Assembly (NCBI RefSeq): GCF_006345805.1
Contig: NC_042997.1
Location: 37,076,001-37,140,000 of the forward strand
Reading direction: 5' to 3'
Source of the DNA: Octopus sinensis
Lineage: Eukaryota
DNA: 64,000 bases
Shown piece by piece: positions 42,408 to 56,386 of the stretch. A program made the position numbers and the translations under genes. Each line of letters begins with the position of its first letter. Positions within the stretch are counted from its first letter, which is position 1. Below the pieces are notes generated by a model. That model did no database searches. It had not been told where the DNA came from and saw nothing but the letters and a program-made list of their open reading frames with translations.

Positions 42408-43571
42408 GTGCAGTGGGGTAATAGTGGTGGATGGCGGTGGGTGATAGCTCGGATGTTTTTTTCCAGTTCTTTTGCTAGATTCATTATAGCTAAAAAAGAG
42501 GAAGAAGAGGTGGTTTCCTGTCTAGGGAACCGCAGGTGACTGTGGCCGCGGCTATTTTTATGTGAGTGGTTATCTTTAAATGTCCGACGAGTCCCCGGGA
42601 GATGGGTAAAGGGGCAATCCCTGTGCAGACACAATCTGTCTCGCTGGGAATAGCGGCAGATTTGGGGATTCCTTGTTTGAGATATTGGTGGTTGTGGTGG
42701 TGTTGTATTATGGTGGTTGCTGTTGTAGTCTGTGGGGATAGAGCGTTTTGTTCCAGGTAAATGGGTGAATTTGCAGTCTCTATCAGTACACAGTCTATGG
42801 CGAAGAGACTATCGGCAAATGATGGGGTTTCGAGTGGGTGTGTAGGTGCGTGTGTGTGAGTTTTGAAAGGTGTAGATGATAGTTTGTTGAAGTTTTGGCG
42901 ACCTTTGTGACCTGTAGGAGGTAAATTCCTTGAGATAGCATTAGTAGTAGTAGTTGTAGTAGTAGTAGTAGGTAGAAGAGATGTTGACAGTGGTAATGAT
43001 TGAGGAGATCGATTCCAAGACAAAGATGTTTGTCGATACATAGATGGAGTAGTACTAGTAGTAGTAAGCAGAGGAGATGGTGTTGACAATGATGATGATT
43101 GAGCTGCTGGGGCAGTGAAAGGAAGGGGTGGTGCTTCCTGCTGTGTGACCCTGATGACTGGGGGGGGTCAATCGTTTCGTTTAGCAAATCGGCCATTGTA
43201 GATGAATCGAGGAGTGGTTCATCCTGTTGTTGTTGCTGTATCTGTTGTTGTTGTTGTTGTTGTTGCCGCTGAGTTTGTTGTTGTTGAGGTTGTTGTTGTT
43301 GTTTTTGCGCCGGTGATGCGTTCGAAGAGAAAACACATCTCAGTTTATCGAAGTGTTTATTTATTAATTTAAAAGCAACTTCGATTTGTTTTAATTTATT
43401 TTGTATCTGCTGTTCAGATCGAGTTTGCAAATGGTGAACTGCTCGTTTAGCAATTCCGTTCAGATACGAAGCACCTATGCTCTCTCTTTCGGTAAGGTCA
43501 TGCCATGTGTTGATAAGAACGTCGACTTCATTATCAGACCAGTTTTTGTTGGATTTTTGGTGGCTAGCCAT
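42398..43571 (-). pseudogene. LINE ORF1: Myb/SANT-like N-terminus, polyQ, S/T/P linker, two CCCH zinc fingers (frameshifted)
   Basis: KNWSDNEVDVLINTW...RSEQQIQNKLKQI...HFDKL, then a Q-rich tract. A third frame gives ICR*SLRHRLCTDRDCKFTHLPGT and ICRYSQRDRLCLHRDCPFTHLPGT (Cx8Cx4Cx3H). At least two frameshifts and one stop. Confidence 0.7.
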
Positions 43572-45065
43572 TCTGGTTGATATGTTTTATTTAATTTTAT
43601 TTTGTTCGTTTGTTTTGTTGATTACTTTTAATTATTTTATTTTATTTATTTATTTTAATTTTTTTTTAGAGAAGTATGTAGAATTGATTGTACAGAATGT
43701 TTGCTGTAATACTGAGAAGTTTGTATTTGAATTATGGGCTTGTAGTTATTTTATCTTTCTTTTCTTTTCTTTTTTTCCCCTCTTTTTCTAATTTTTAATG
43801 TGTGGGTGATCCTTTAGTTATCAGAAGGTGTTTGAAAATATTTGGTCGTTTGAAAATTATGAAAATAGTTTGTGGTTAAGGAAAAGTCTACTCACGAGTT
43901 GGGAAAAAGCGTGGTTTCAAATATACCGGAATATATGTGATGGTCAATTACGACGAATGTAGCTGTGAAGCTTGCTGCTGACCGGCGCAGAGAGGAGTAA
44001 AAACACGTCTTATCGTCTCAGCTTCAGGATTATCAGAATCAAAATTGTCCATCATATGAGTGTGTTATGGGCAGAATAGACAGGCATACGTATATGCTTC
44101 GAAAATGATTTCTTATATTTATTAAGATCCGAAATATTTATATATTAGCTAAATATTTTAAAATCGTGAATGTGAATTGTAATCTGCAAACCAATGAAAG
44201 TTTTATTTCATAGTAGTTTTGGATAGTAAACAATAGTGAAACCCTGAGGAAATGTCAGGATTGTAACCCTGAGCTCTCAAATACCAGTGGCCCATTAATG
44301 AATTAACAACATAAGGCTAATATATCGTTACTATATCACACCATTTATGTATCAATATCATCTGCTGGATTTTGTACATTGATGAGCATTACATTAACAT
44401 TACATCAATTTTAGATAGGTAAGTGTGGTTAACATTTATTAAGTGGATTTGCGAAGGATACCACTCATTAACAGTGACATAGCACTTGACGTTGATACGC
44501 TGCTGTTAGATGCAGAAGGAATGGAATCAATTTTCCAGCAACCTGGCTGACAAGTATATAAAAATAATGAGGATAGAATTTACTTTGGAAGTATCGGGAT
44601 CATTAATTCTGAAATGCTAGTTTGCAAGAATGCAAGCTAGCATGTCAAAAGCTTTTCTCTGCATGGCTTCTCAATACCCCGAGGAAAGGGAACTCTATGT
44701 CATTAACCATTATCGAATTTTATTAAACATCTCAGTAAAAATCTATATATTATCTAAATATTTACAAACGCAAATGTATTTTGTTATTAATGTTAAGTGA
44801 CTTATGGTGCATTCTACGTTTAAAGAAATCTAGACAGTAGATGATGGTTTTAAAATTCTTTATACCCATAAGACTATGTGTTAGAAACAGAGTAATTAGT
44901 AAGTACATTCGCACACTCTGTAATAGGATTCTTACGCAACTATATGTAGATTAGCGGCGGCAAAATGATGATAACTCTGTTATATTTCAAGTAAGTAGTT
45001 TTGTAATGTTGCTAATATCTTGAATAGTAAAACTCTCTCTCAGAAAAGGATACATATATAAATTT

Positions 45066-45150
<85 letters not shown>

Positions 45151-45156
45151 AATGAT

Positions 45157-45200
<44 letters not shown>

Positions 45201-45285
45201 CAATTTGGCTGCTATTTCTAATATTTTCGGTATGTGGTTTTGAGCAACTTGTTGCAAATAACCCTTAATTATAAATATATATATA

Positions 45286-45343
<58 letters not shown>

Positions 45344-46307
45344 TGAGCCACAAAAAACGTCGCACATATGCTAAATATAGATGAAGGTAACAAAGAGAGG
45401 AATTATCAGTGGTCTTTTATTCATACCTACTACGGAATTATTCCTCCGAGAAAATACTAAATATAGAAACTGTTAGTAGTTAATTTTAAAAATATTTTTT
45501 TATACGAACTAATTTAAATAGATAAGATAGTTGTTGTATTGAAGATGTAATTGTTTATATATTTTTTTCTGCCGTTATACGAAGGAGGACACTTGGATAC
45601 TTCATGATATACATTTATACATACACACATATTTTATTGTTGTGCATTGTGAGGACAAGTGACTATCTTGAACATGAAAGGGTTTCAATTGGTATATGTT
45701 TGAGATATAATGAAGTGAATTTCGATGGTTGTGGATTGCACTTACTTGATTGTATCGTCCGTTAAAGTGTTTTTGTTGTTTTTTCAATTTTAATTGATGT
45801 ATGATTGAATAGTTAACGCTCACGCTCATAACACAGGCATTTGAATTCATTTTTTTACAATCCAGCCGTCCTTTCACACGGAATTTCGTCTTTTTCTAAA
45901 GCCAAAGGCCCTGAAGTAACTATTTCTATAATGGAACTGTGATTAATTATATCAGAAAAAAATATATATATAAGTCGAAACAATGTTGTGGCCTTTTATG
46001 GTTTTTATTATTATTTATGATATATAATATTATGCTATGTTTTATATTATATTCATAGTATTTAATGTAATATTGTAATATAAATAGATCATTGAATTGT
46101 CAAATGAATATCTCTATATATAATTCATACCAAAATTTATATGGTATCCAACTGACGAACCTGTGAATTGGAAGTTTAACACGCCACTTTGAAGGATTTC
46201 TTTTCCTCAGTTTGTTATTTTATATATAGATAGATAGATGGATAGATAAAGAGAGAGAGAGAGAAGGGTGTGTGTGTCTTTTTGTGTATATGTATATATC
46301 GTTCAAT

Positions 46308-46460
46308 AGGCGCAGGTGTACCTGTGTTATAAGAAACTTGCTTCCCCAAAAATGGGTTCAGTCCCATAGCGTGGCCATTTGGCGAAGTGTCTTCTACTAT
46401 AACCACGGACCGCCCATGTGAGTGAATTTGGTAGATAGAAACTGAAAGAAACCCGTCGTA
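46308..46460 (+). mobile_element. Degenerate tRNA-derived SINE
   Basis: AGGCGCAGG head, GGGTTCAGTCCCA B-box-like motif, AAGTGTCTTCTACTATA core, ending AAACCCGTCGTATATA into (TA)n. Confidence 0.7.
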
Positions 46461-46483
46461 TATATGTATATATATATTATATA

Positions 46484-46531
<48 letters not shown>

Positions 46532-46711
46532 ATATATATATATATATAATATATATATATATATAAAGCAATAAAGATTCAAGTTAATTTAAATGAATTT
46601 ACTTGAATATGGTACCTAACTTAGATGCACCAAAAAAAACTATACTGTTTTAACAATACAGTAATGTGGGGTGATTATAAGCGAGAAAGAGGGAACAAGA
46701 ATGGATAGGTT

Positions 46712-46802
46712 TTTTAGTACAATCGTTTCATACAAGGACAGGCTTTATTAAAAGTTGCAAAAATTACAGCATATAAACGTGTCCCGTACTCATCAGCTAA
46801 AA
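46712..46802 (-). ncRNA. Type I hammerhead ribozyme, left arm
   Basis: Minus strand TTTTAG-CTGATGA(46796-90)-GTACGGGACA...TGTCCTTGTAT-GAAAC-GATT-GTA-CTAAAA. Confidence 0.75.
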
Positions 46803-47334
46803 TACATGTGAGTTCTCTAGACATCCTAGTGGTTGAGGCTATACTCATGAAGTAATGTAGATAATTAAGTAACATAAACAGATTTCCAAAGTTCATTAAA
46901 GTTCTTTAAAGATGATGTACAGTCTTATCACAGAATTTTAAAAAAGTTTTAATAGCATCACAGAGAAGGTGACCTAATCCATAGTGCACATATGAATTTC
47001 CAGAGATATGAGGAGGGATTACATACTCACAGACGACAAATTTATCCATTGTTAATCACAACGAGGTGGGTCTCAATTCCTGCTTATTAGCATTACAGAG
47101 AGGGTGAATTAATCCTTTGTATAGATGCACAATTTCCAATGGTGTAGATGTAAATTTCCAGAGAAATGAAGAGGAATTTCATATTCACAGGCGATAAATT
47201 TATCAATGGTTGAACACAATGAGGTAGGTATCAATTCTTGTTACATGATTAGGTATTTGCCACATTAATCACATTACTGCTATTTACAAGAGGCTGTAGC
47301 TATTTAACTTTTAAAGGCTGAAGGGCTTTCTAGA

Positions 47335-47525
47335 GAGTCAAAGAACAGAAAAGGGAAGGGAAGAGAAGAAAAGAGAGAAAATAAAGGAGGAGGGAGCAAA
47401 AAGGGGGGGAGGGGGACTAAAAGAGAAGAGAAAAGGAAAAAGAGAATAAGAAGAAGAAAAAGAAAAAAGAGAAAAGAGAAAGAAATAGGGAAAGAAGGGA
47501 AAAAAAAGAAAAAGAAAAAAAGAGG
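47335..47525. repeat. Long polypurine (A/G) tract with G-runs
   Basis: About 190 bp almost entirely A/G, including GGGGGGAGGGGG at about 47403-47414. Confidence 0.85.
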
Positions 47526-48867
47526 GTTCTAGTTATACAGAAGAATTAGTAGACGGCAAGTCTGGTTTTAATTTACAGGCATCTAGGAACTAGAGGAGAG
47601 TATTATTCTTTGACCAGTAAAACAGCTAATTTATTGCTGTTGAAATCAGCTATGAATTTAAAGAGAATCTAAAGAGATAACACGGTCAGGGGTTTAGGGG
47701 TCAGAGGCTAAAATCAAAAGAAAATACATTAGGAAAATCTAAGTATAATCTTATCAAAAAGTCATTAAAATTTATTTATTTAATTTATTCATTTTATTGT
47801 CTTAAGGAGTTGCCGTTATTATTCATACATTGACGGACTACAGGTCAAATCTTAGAAGATCATTTACAAGGTGTTAGGGAATTGTCTATCATAATGAAGA
47901 TAATCATATTATCACCGAGGGAGTAGCCTTATTTATTTAATTTTGAAATAGAATTATGGGGCTTTAGTAACTCATTTTATTTTATTAAAGTTATGCTACT
48001 TAAATTCGATTAAGTTAAGAATTAAAATTAAAAATTACAATTAAGATTTAAAATTATGAGTTTGAAATTAAATAAAGCCTCAATTAAGCAGCGTATAAGT
48101 ACTATTCATTTCCCTGTTCTCAAAAAAACTGATGCAGATATAAGGAAAAAGATAACTGTAGTGTGAGAACTCTTAGTTATCTACTTAAAGCAGTGCTATA
48201 CTAGTAAAAATCAAGTTATATCTATCTATCTATCTAGTTACGAATATTCTAATCATTTAAAATATTTTAAAGTCTTCAATTTAGCGTGGACACAAACTTG
48301 ACCTAGTTCGATATGGTTATTCAATAAGTTTCTATGTTTTCTATGCTTTAGAATTTCAAAAGTTAAATAGCTACAGCCTCTTGTAAATAGCAGTAATGTG
48401 ATTAATGTGGCAAATACCTAATCATGTAACAAGAATTGATACCTACCTCATTGTGTTCAACCATTGATAAATTTATCGCCTGTGAATATGAAATTCCTCT
48501 TCATTTCTCTGGAAATTTACATCTACACCATTGGAAATTGTGCATCTATACAAAGGATTAATTCACCCTCTCTGTAATGCTAATAAGCAGGAATTGAGAC
48601 CCACCTCGTTGTGATTAACAATGGATAAATTTGTCGTCTGTGAGTATGTAATCCCTCCTCATATCTCTGGAAATTCATATGTGCACTATGGATTAGGTCA
48701 CCTTCTCTGTGATGCTATTAAAACTTTTTTAAAATTCTGTGATAAGACTGTACATCATCTTTAAAGAACTTTAATGAACTTTGGAAATCTGTTTATGTTA
48801 CTTAATTATCTACATTACTTCATGAGTATAGCCTCAACCACTAGGATGTCTAGAGAACTCACATGTA

Positions 48868-48959
48868 TTTTAGCTGATGAGTACGGGACACGTTTATATG
48901 CTGTATTTTTTTGCAACTTTTAATAAAGCCTGTCCTTGTATGAAACGATTGTACTAAAA
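48868..48959 (+). ncRNA. Type I hammerhead ribozyme, right arm
   Basis: 6-bp stem I TTTTAG/CTAAAA, CTGATGA at 48874-80, about 10-bp stem II, GAAAC at 48942-46, 2-bp stem III with GATT loop, GUA triplet with cleavage predicted after 48953. The 10.1-11.1 pair is G.U. Confidence 0.78.
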
Positions 48960-48987
48960 ACCTATCCATTCTCGTTGCTTCTTTCTC

Positions 48988-49027
<40 letters not shown>

Positions 49028-49476
49028 GTTAAAGAGGACGACAAACGTTAATGCAAGACAAAGATGTCAAGTCATAAACGTTATTATTATTGGAAAAAAT
49101 TCAGTCTTCTGTTTCTGGGATATCCCAGAGTATGGGATATTGCGTTATCGGAGACAAATAGGGAAAATGAGTAGGCTTGCAATAGCTAGCCTTTTTGGTC
49201 AAACTATCGTATCACCGAGTGCTTGAGATGCCAAGATATGAAAAATTGCGAATGTGTAGCACACCGGTTTTCTTATGGAATGGTGAAACTATTCATTCCC
49301 TGAAACAGCAACGTTTTTTACTTAAAACAATTTAAATAAATAGTACTATGCACATACATATATACACATATATACTCACACGTATATATACATATATATG
49401 TATGTATATACAGACTTATAGATGTATATATGTATATGTGTGTGTGTGTGTGTTTGTGTGTATATATATATATATA

Positions 49477-49879
<403 letters not shown>

Positions 49880-49959
49880 GTGTACAGGTATGCAGACATG
49901 CTTAATATATTAATATATCACACAATGTATGGCAGCTAGATCTTAATAAGCGTAAGCCT

Positions 49960-50145
49960 ACGAGTACCGGGCGAAATGCTCAGCGTTATTTCCTCCGTCC
50001 TTATGTTCTGAATTCATATTCCGCCGACGTTGCCTTTTATCCTTTCGGGTTCGAGTAAATAATTACAACTTAAACACTGGGGTTGATGTAATCGATTTAC
50101 CCATCGAAGGACAATTCTAGCCTTGTGCCAAACTTCAAATATCAA
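49960..50145 (+). mobile_element. Degenerate Nin/Deu-like SINE
   Basis: CCGGGCGAAATGCTCAGCG...GTTCTGAATTCATATTCCGCCG...TTGCCTTTTATCCTTTCGGG...CACTGGGGTTGATGTAATCGA, the same family as 2120-2353. Confidence 0.75.
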
Positions 50146-50669
50146 TATGTTTCACAATGTACAGCATATAGCCAAGAGGTAATTGGTTTCTGAATATTAA
50201 CTTTGGTCGGGACTAACAAAATCGCTTTAGGAAGTGCAATTAAAAATTATTAAATATAGACCTAAAGATGTTTTCGAAATGATCATTTTATTTGTAATAT
50301 ACTCTATTTGATATTTGATCCGTTTAATTAATGAATAAAGTTTGATACTTCACTCTTCTGTACACCAAAATGTTATATCGGAATATATGAATCTGTTACA
50401 AATATTATTTTTTTTCTCGAATTCCTATATTTCAAATATAATTCATATCTTCTAAATTCTATTCACATTGTTCCCATTAAGTGTTATATCTATTTATCAA
50501 GAACATCTGCAGTGAGAATGCAATATCAATAATATAAATATTTGGGGTTAATTACATTTGAAATTACAACGGACAAATATGTGAAAAGTGCATCTAGTCA
50601 CAACAGCAAGATAACATGTTGGAAGTCAAATGTCTTTCCTCACAGCTCTATGTTACGTTCTCATTTCGA

Positions 50670-50711
<42 letters not shown>

Positions 50712-50714
<3 letters not shown>

Positions 50715-50919
50715 TAGTTTTATTTTTATAGCGTGCTTTCACTTCACTACCGAGCGCAGCTCTGTGTGCCTTGGGTATGTGCTGTGATTTGTTGTGATGC
50801 TCTGATGGTTATTGTATGGAAAGTGTTCTGCGTAGGATGTGTGCAGTGCCTAGTAGTGCAATTTTCTGTATGTTATATGTGTTTGTAAGTCCTGGTGTTT
50901 TGTTATGTATTTGTCTGAA

Positions 50920-50920
<1 letters not shown>
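50712..50920 (-). mobile_element. 209-bp 3' fragment of the young R4/Dong-like family inside (TAA)n
   Basis: Matches 30539-30748 apart from one T in a T-run, with (TTA)n/(TCA) tracts on both sides. Confidence 0.95.
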
Positions 50921-50964
<44 letters not shown>

Positions 50965-50971
50965 CATCATT

Positions 50972-51018
<47 letters not shown>

Positions 51019-51022
51019 CATT

Positions 51023-51055
<33 letters not shown>

Positions 51056-53199
51056 TATTATTATTATTATTATTACTCTAGTACATACTAATTTAATTAA
51101 CTTGGATTCTATCTTCATATTTGGCGACAACAAATCTCACTTCTTGACAATTTTCTTTAGGAGTCTTGAAGAATATATTATGGTACTTTTCTGCGGGTCG
51201 AAAATTTGTGTTCCATTTTGAACCTGATTCAGTCTTTTATGTAGCATTTGTGTGTTGCATGATGCTCACAGCATATACTTTATTAAAATCACTATCGTTT
51301 CATTCTATCAAGAAATTCGTTAATTTAAATATTAACTATAATGTTCTTTAGTTGAAAGTCAGTTGTGCTATCACTTAAACTATAAATTGTATTGGAAATC
51401 CTCAATGTTCTCCATATATTGTCCATATATCAACATTTTGTTATTATAATGAAATAATTAATCATTTGCATTAAGGAAAATTGATCATGCCTTATAACAT
51501 TTACAGTGTTATCCTTCGGCTTTTACAGGTTGAATTGGATGATTACTAAAACGATAGATTCATTACAATTCTAAACAAAATCTGAATACAAATTAAGTAG
51601 AATCTATATTTTTTGAAGCAAAACTATATACTAGAGATTTTCATTGGAGAAGCATGGAGGAAGTATTTCGAATTTCTTTAAAATTTTGCAGAATATTTTC
51701 GGTAATTTGATTTATGCTGACTATTAAATAAAGCGGTAATGGCAATTTTTTTTTTTTGTGATTCATAAATTAAACACTATTTCAACATGTTCCAATATGT
51801 TTGCCATTATTTCGTGATATACTTCTAATTAATATCATTCTTTATTTTTTAAACAAATAGCAAGTCATTTGACAATAATACTTTCTGAAATAATTTTTTA
51901 ATCAAGTGAATGAATTCGTCACAAACAAAATGTCTATTATCTGCTTTTTTAATATTATGTGCAATATAATGATGATCATGAGGAGGATATATGTATCAAC
52001 ATTTCGTTGACAATAAGAAGCAGCGGGCACTCAAGAAAGATTTATTAGTGATTTTTTTGATAAATACAAATGTTTCAATTTAACATTATGTTAATTAATT
52101 TAATAGAAATACAAGAGGAATGCAGTATCACATCAGTGCAATTAGTTTCTTATCCATATATAATAAATAATTAAAATATTGACAAATCCAAGTTAATGAG
52201 TTATAATCACTTTTGAAAGTGCTAAATATTTAGAGTGTGAAATCTGTCAAGTTTTCTGTTTTTTATATGTTAGCCATTGTATGAATAAAATATGTGTTAG
52301 CCAAAATAAAATGAATTAGGTCGGGAACCTGAATGACTACGTTAAAATATGCTAAAGTAATTAATAATTTTAATTTTTTTCATTCAACTCAACATGGAAC
52401 ACGAAACGTGAAAACTCTTTCTTTAAACAAAAGTGACAGTTGGTATTCCCATACTGTCATGATCTCTGTGGCTCATTCTGCATCAGAAATAATAGTTCGT
52501 TAAAGTCATACAAATGAGCAACAGAACAGTATGTTCCACGAATTATTTTCGAACTTGTTCCTACCTATATTTATATATTGCGGAATATTATTACCTTTTA
52601 TACTCAGTATTTTCTTGGGACGGATATCCAATCGAGTGAAGTCAGGAAGAGTTTTACAATCTTATTGCGAACTGATAGAGGCGACAATTTTAGCTTAACG
52701 GTTTATTTTATCCAAGCAGAAGCTTGTGGTTTTGAGTTACACTTTGCTTTAAAATGTGAAGTGCGAAATAACTACTCATTCTATGTTCATTCACTGGAGT
52801 CTTCTCACCCATGCTCTCTAATACAGGTATCGTTGTGGAAGCTGTCTTACGCACCCCTCTCTTTCCGTCTCTCCCTCTCACTCTATCCCTCGCTGTTTCT
52901 GTGTATAACATTTTTATTCTCTCGATTGGCTGACAAAATACATTTTGCATTAGATGTAACAGAACACGGCCTAAAAGTTTATATTTCTCTTTATGTCTGG
53001 CTTATTTAATTTCAGTACTGTTCTATCCCAGAGGCACGACAACATCGAGAATATGTATATTTTCCCTCACTCATTTCTGCTAAGTAAATTATCTAATTAA
53101 CTTTAAAATTGTCAGACACGAAAATATAATGTGTGTGTGTGTGTGACAGAGAGACAGTGTGTGAGTTGGTATGCGTGTGTGTGTGTCTTTGTGTATGTG

Positions 53200-54150
53200 C
53201 GTGTCTTTCAAAGTCTATGAAGTTTACTTGAAATGTAGATGTGATTAAATAAAAATTCAAAATGTTTTAAAAACCTTTATGAGGGTGTTGCTTACCTTTT
53301 TTAGGAAGACGTTTATTCTAGTGTATGAGCGCTTTCGTTAAATCTTTTCGAGCACCCGTGCTCTTAAAGAGGAGGTTGTTACTTTTGCGATAGTGGTAGA
53401 ATCTTTCCAGTTTATTTTCGGACTTTCGGTGTTGCTTATAAATATTATTTTACCATTGTTTATTATTTGGAGTGTTGGATTCTTTCAGTTTAATTTCGGA
53501 TTTAGAATTCTTATATTGTATTCTTTTGCCTTTCATAGTTGAACACTTTCATCGTCTATTTTGTAAAATTGGAATATTTTAATTTCGTTTTCGGATTTGG
53601 TTTGCAAGAATCTTTATGTGAGTTCGTGTGTTGAAGCATATTCTGTTGTGTCTGGGGAGAGTCGTTTTGTTTTTCTGCCTTATAATTTAACACACTCACT
53701 GGTAAAATTTCCACTCATTCCTCATTTTTTTCGTTGCGTCTTGCAGCCTTTTCAATTGTCTTTACTAGTCGTTTATCAGCATTATATAATTTTGTGTACA
53801 ATTGCTGGTTATTGAGTTGTTCTCAGACCATTTCTCTCTAATGGGTTGTCCATTATTACAAAGGCACCTGCTTGTGGACATTATAATATATTTTTTCATA
53901 TTCTGTAAACTCTTGTTCGAGTTAGCAAAGCAATTCAGGCATATTATATATCCTCCAGGTGTTTGTTTCTGTTTATCGGTGGTTTAGAACCGGTTTTGCT
54001 CTGCACAAGCGATGGATCATTGTTGTGAGTGTTTTGAAAGAATTCCCGTAGGCAAAGTTTTCTTCAAAATTCCTCGGCATCATTTATAGTCTCTGTTGTT
54101 TTGAATTTAGGTGTTGGTGTGACTTTTAGAACATGTTCTAGAATGTTTAC
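53200..54150 (-). mobile_element. Decayed Penelope-like element, RT N-terminal region
   Basis: Minus-strand remnants LKVTPTP, F*RKLCLREFF and (DK)GAFVIMD (53868-53848) match the Penelope GLKF.PTP, RKLRLKEFF and DKG..VIMD motifs. Confidence 0.7.
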
Positions 54151-54320
54151 TTCACTTTCTATAAGATTCCGTATGTATGCATATACGTATGCATTCATGT
54201 ATATATGTATTATGTACGCACGTACATATGTGTGAATGTGTATCATATGTATACATAAATGTATGCATATATATATATATGTATGTATTATGTACACACA
54301 CACACACAGAGACACGCACG

Positions 54321-54399
<79 letters not shown>

Positions 54400-54519
54400 A
54401 CGTATATGCATGAATGTTTGATTGCGTATAATGGTTTTCTTTTTGTGACTGGTGTTTGACAGGTTTTGGTTAATTTGGTAATTAACAAGTTTATAAATGT
54501 TGCGATTTTATTTTAGATG

Positions 54520-55710
54520 TACCTGTTGTCTGAGACTTTCATTGACTGACCAACTTACGCTCGTGTAATGTGAGCAAATGAGGTTTAATTTTCAACATAG
54601 TTTCCGTTGTGGTCCACATATTCCTTGCATTGATGTTGCAGTATTGGATCCAAAAGGGGAAGTCGCTTTTATCCTGTTGATGACAAATTATCCACATCAG
54701 ATATGATGTAATCCCCATTGCGATAATCGTCACCAGCCAAGTGCTGTCTTGCTAATGTTGCGGAATAAATGATTGTCAGGTGTGACAATCAGAGAAAAAG
54801 GGAGACTGAGCAGTCAATTGAATATCACAGTCACGCAGTCATGCACAACAACCATTGAACCAAGAACCTATGTGTGTTTGAGGATTGTGGTGACGAAACA
54901 AAACATCTTTCGACAGTTATTCTGGGCGTTTGCTCTTGATATCCTTTCGTAACTACGTCAAGTTAGCATGATACCTTCTATTGGTGATATAGTGTGTTTG
55001 AAGGTAGTTAATAAACATAGTGTCATTTGAATCTCAAAACGTTTATGCCATTACCTGTTCTGGAGCAGGCGACGAGGAATGTTTCCACTGCATGCGTAGT
55101 ATCTTTTTCTCTGGGTCATGATAGTAAACCCACCGCTCATCCTGGCTTCAGGAACGTCCAGGAAAACCAGCTCTTATTTAGGTGTCAAAAGAAGAGGCGC
55201 CCACCAAACAGAAATCTTCATGATGCCAAGTTAATTGTACAGAATATCTTTTGACATTTCACGGGATATGCTTAAATATTGGCTATTTGATTTATAGTCA
55301 ACAACCGGTCATCCATCACCGGTCAATGTTTTCCACATCGGAGATATTTTGTAGGAGGCCTAGACTTTGGATCATCTCCAAGACTCTGCCTCCTTCTCCT
55401 AAATGCAACTGCCCTCTTTTGCACGGTTGATAAAGCTGGAGTGCCATCTGCTAACATGACAAAAATTTCAGTATGAATGTCCTTGGCAGCTATAGCCATT
55501 TTTCTGTAGGTGATTGATAAAACAAGGAGGCCAAATGCTGTCCATTTTCTAGAAGGTCTCTACCAGTTATATTTGATGTCTTCTTGGAACAGTCAGATGT
55601 CATTTTTCCTGGACAGAAACAATGCAGTTATTATTAAGCGAAGTACAAATTAATGTATGCAAAATTTCACAGTTGTTGCATCACTTCTTCAAAGTTAGCC
55701 CAGCCTCGTA
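54520..55710 (-). mobile_element. Decayed mariner transposon
   Basis: KDIHTEI...STVQK, WVYYHDPEKK..MQWKHSSSP, KSKRP and YVEN* remnants. The right end CAGCCTCGTA (reverse complement TACGAGG) is mariner-like. Confidence 0.8.
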
Positions 55711-56339
55711 ATAAAACTAATTTGAATAGTTATATTGGATTCAAGGACACAAATACTTGTTTAAGCTATTGTCTCTGGGAGCGACCAGTAGTCTTTTTGT
55801 TTTACCATATATTTACCAAAATATGTTTTGTTAGTCGCAAAGTATTTCATCCCATATGTAAAGCAACTTATTTATGGCTCTTTTAACTGAAATATTGGCT
55901 AAGAATATTAGTGAGTACCTTATGTTCATAATCATAAGTATCACTTTTCTCCTATTTAATGTCATATTTTGACCTGATTTATGAAGAGATTCATACAAGT
56001 TTGCTCTGTCGATTTCAGTAAACTTGCAGCTTAGTTTACATCTCAAGAATTTCACTCAACTGATTAGGGAGCGTATAATATTTCATTCCAATTAATTCAG
56101 TTTTTTCAGGCCTCAGGATAACTTGCTATCGATGCAGACGATGTTTTTGCAGGAAATCCATTTTCTTTATATGAATTCATTTTGCTATACCTATATATAT
56201 ATATTTTTTTTTTTATGTGGTACAGTATATTGTTTGAAACAAGGTATTGCTACACATGCGTATCTATATAGCTATATAATTTCAGCTATGTATGTATATA
56301 ATTACGTATGTTTTTACGTACATATGGAATGCATGTATG

Positions 56340-56382
<43 letters not shown>

Positions 56383-56386
<4 letters not shown>

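Larger units (their letters stand above)
39298..44020 (-). mobile_element. Near-full-length CR1-clade LINE (5' UTR, ORF1, ORF2, short 3' UTR)
   Basis: Long EN-RT ORF, an upstream ORF1 whose stop overlaps the ORF2 start (ACATGCCATTAA), and a 3' end running into (TA)n. The 5' end is estimated. Confidence 0.92.
46682..48988. mobile_element. Element with 631-bp near-perfect inverted arms (46682-47312 and 48358-48988) and a 1045-bp spacer
   Basis: The right arm is the reverse complement of the left, with only a few differences (mostly the outer 25 bp and T-runs). The right end abuts (TA)n, and (TA)n lies about 115 bp left of the left arm. Confidence 0.92.
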
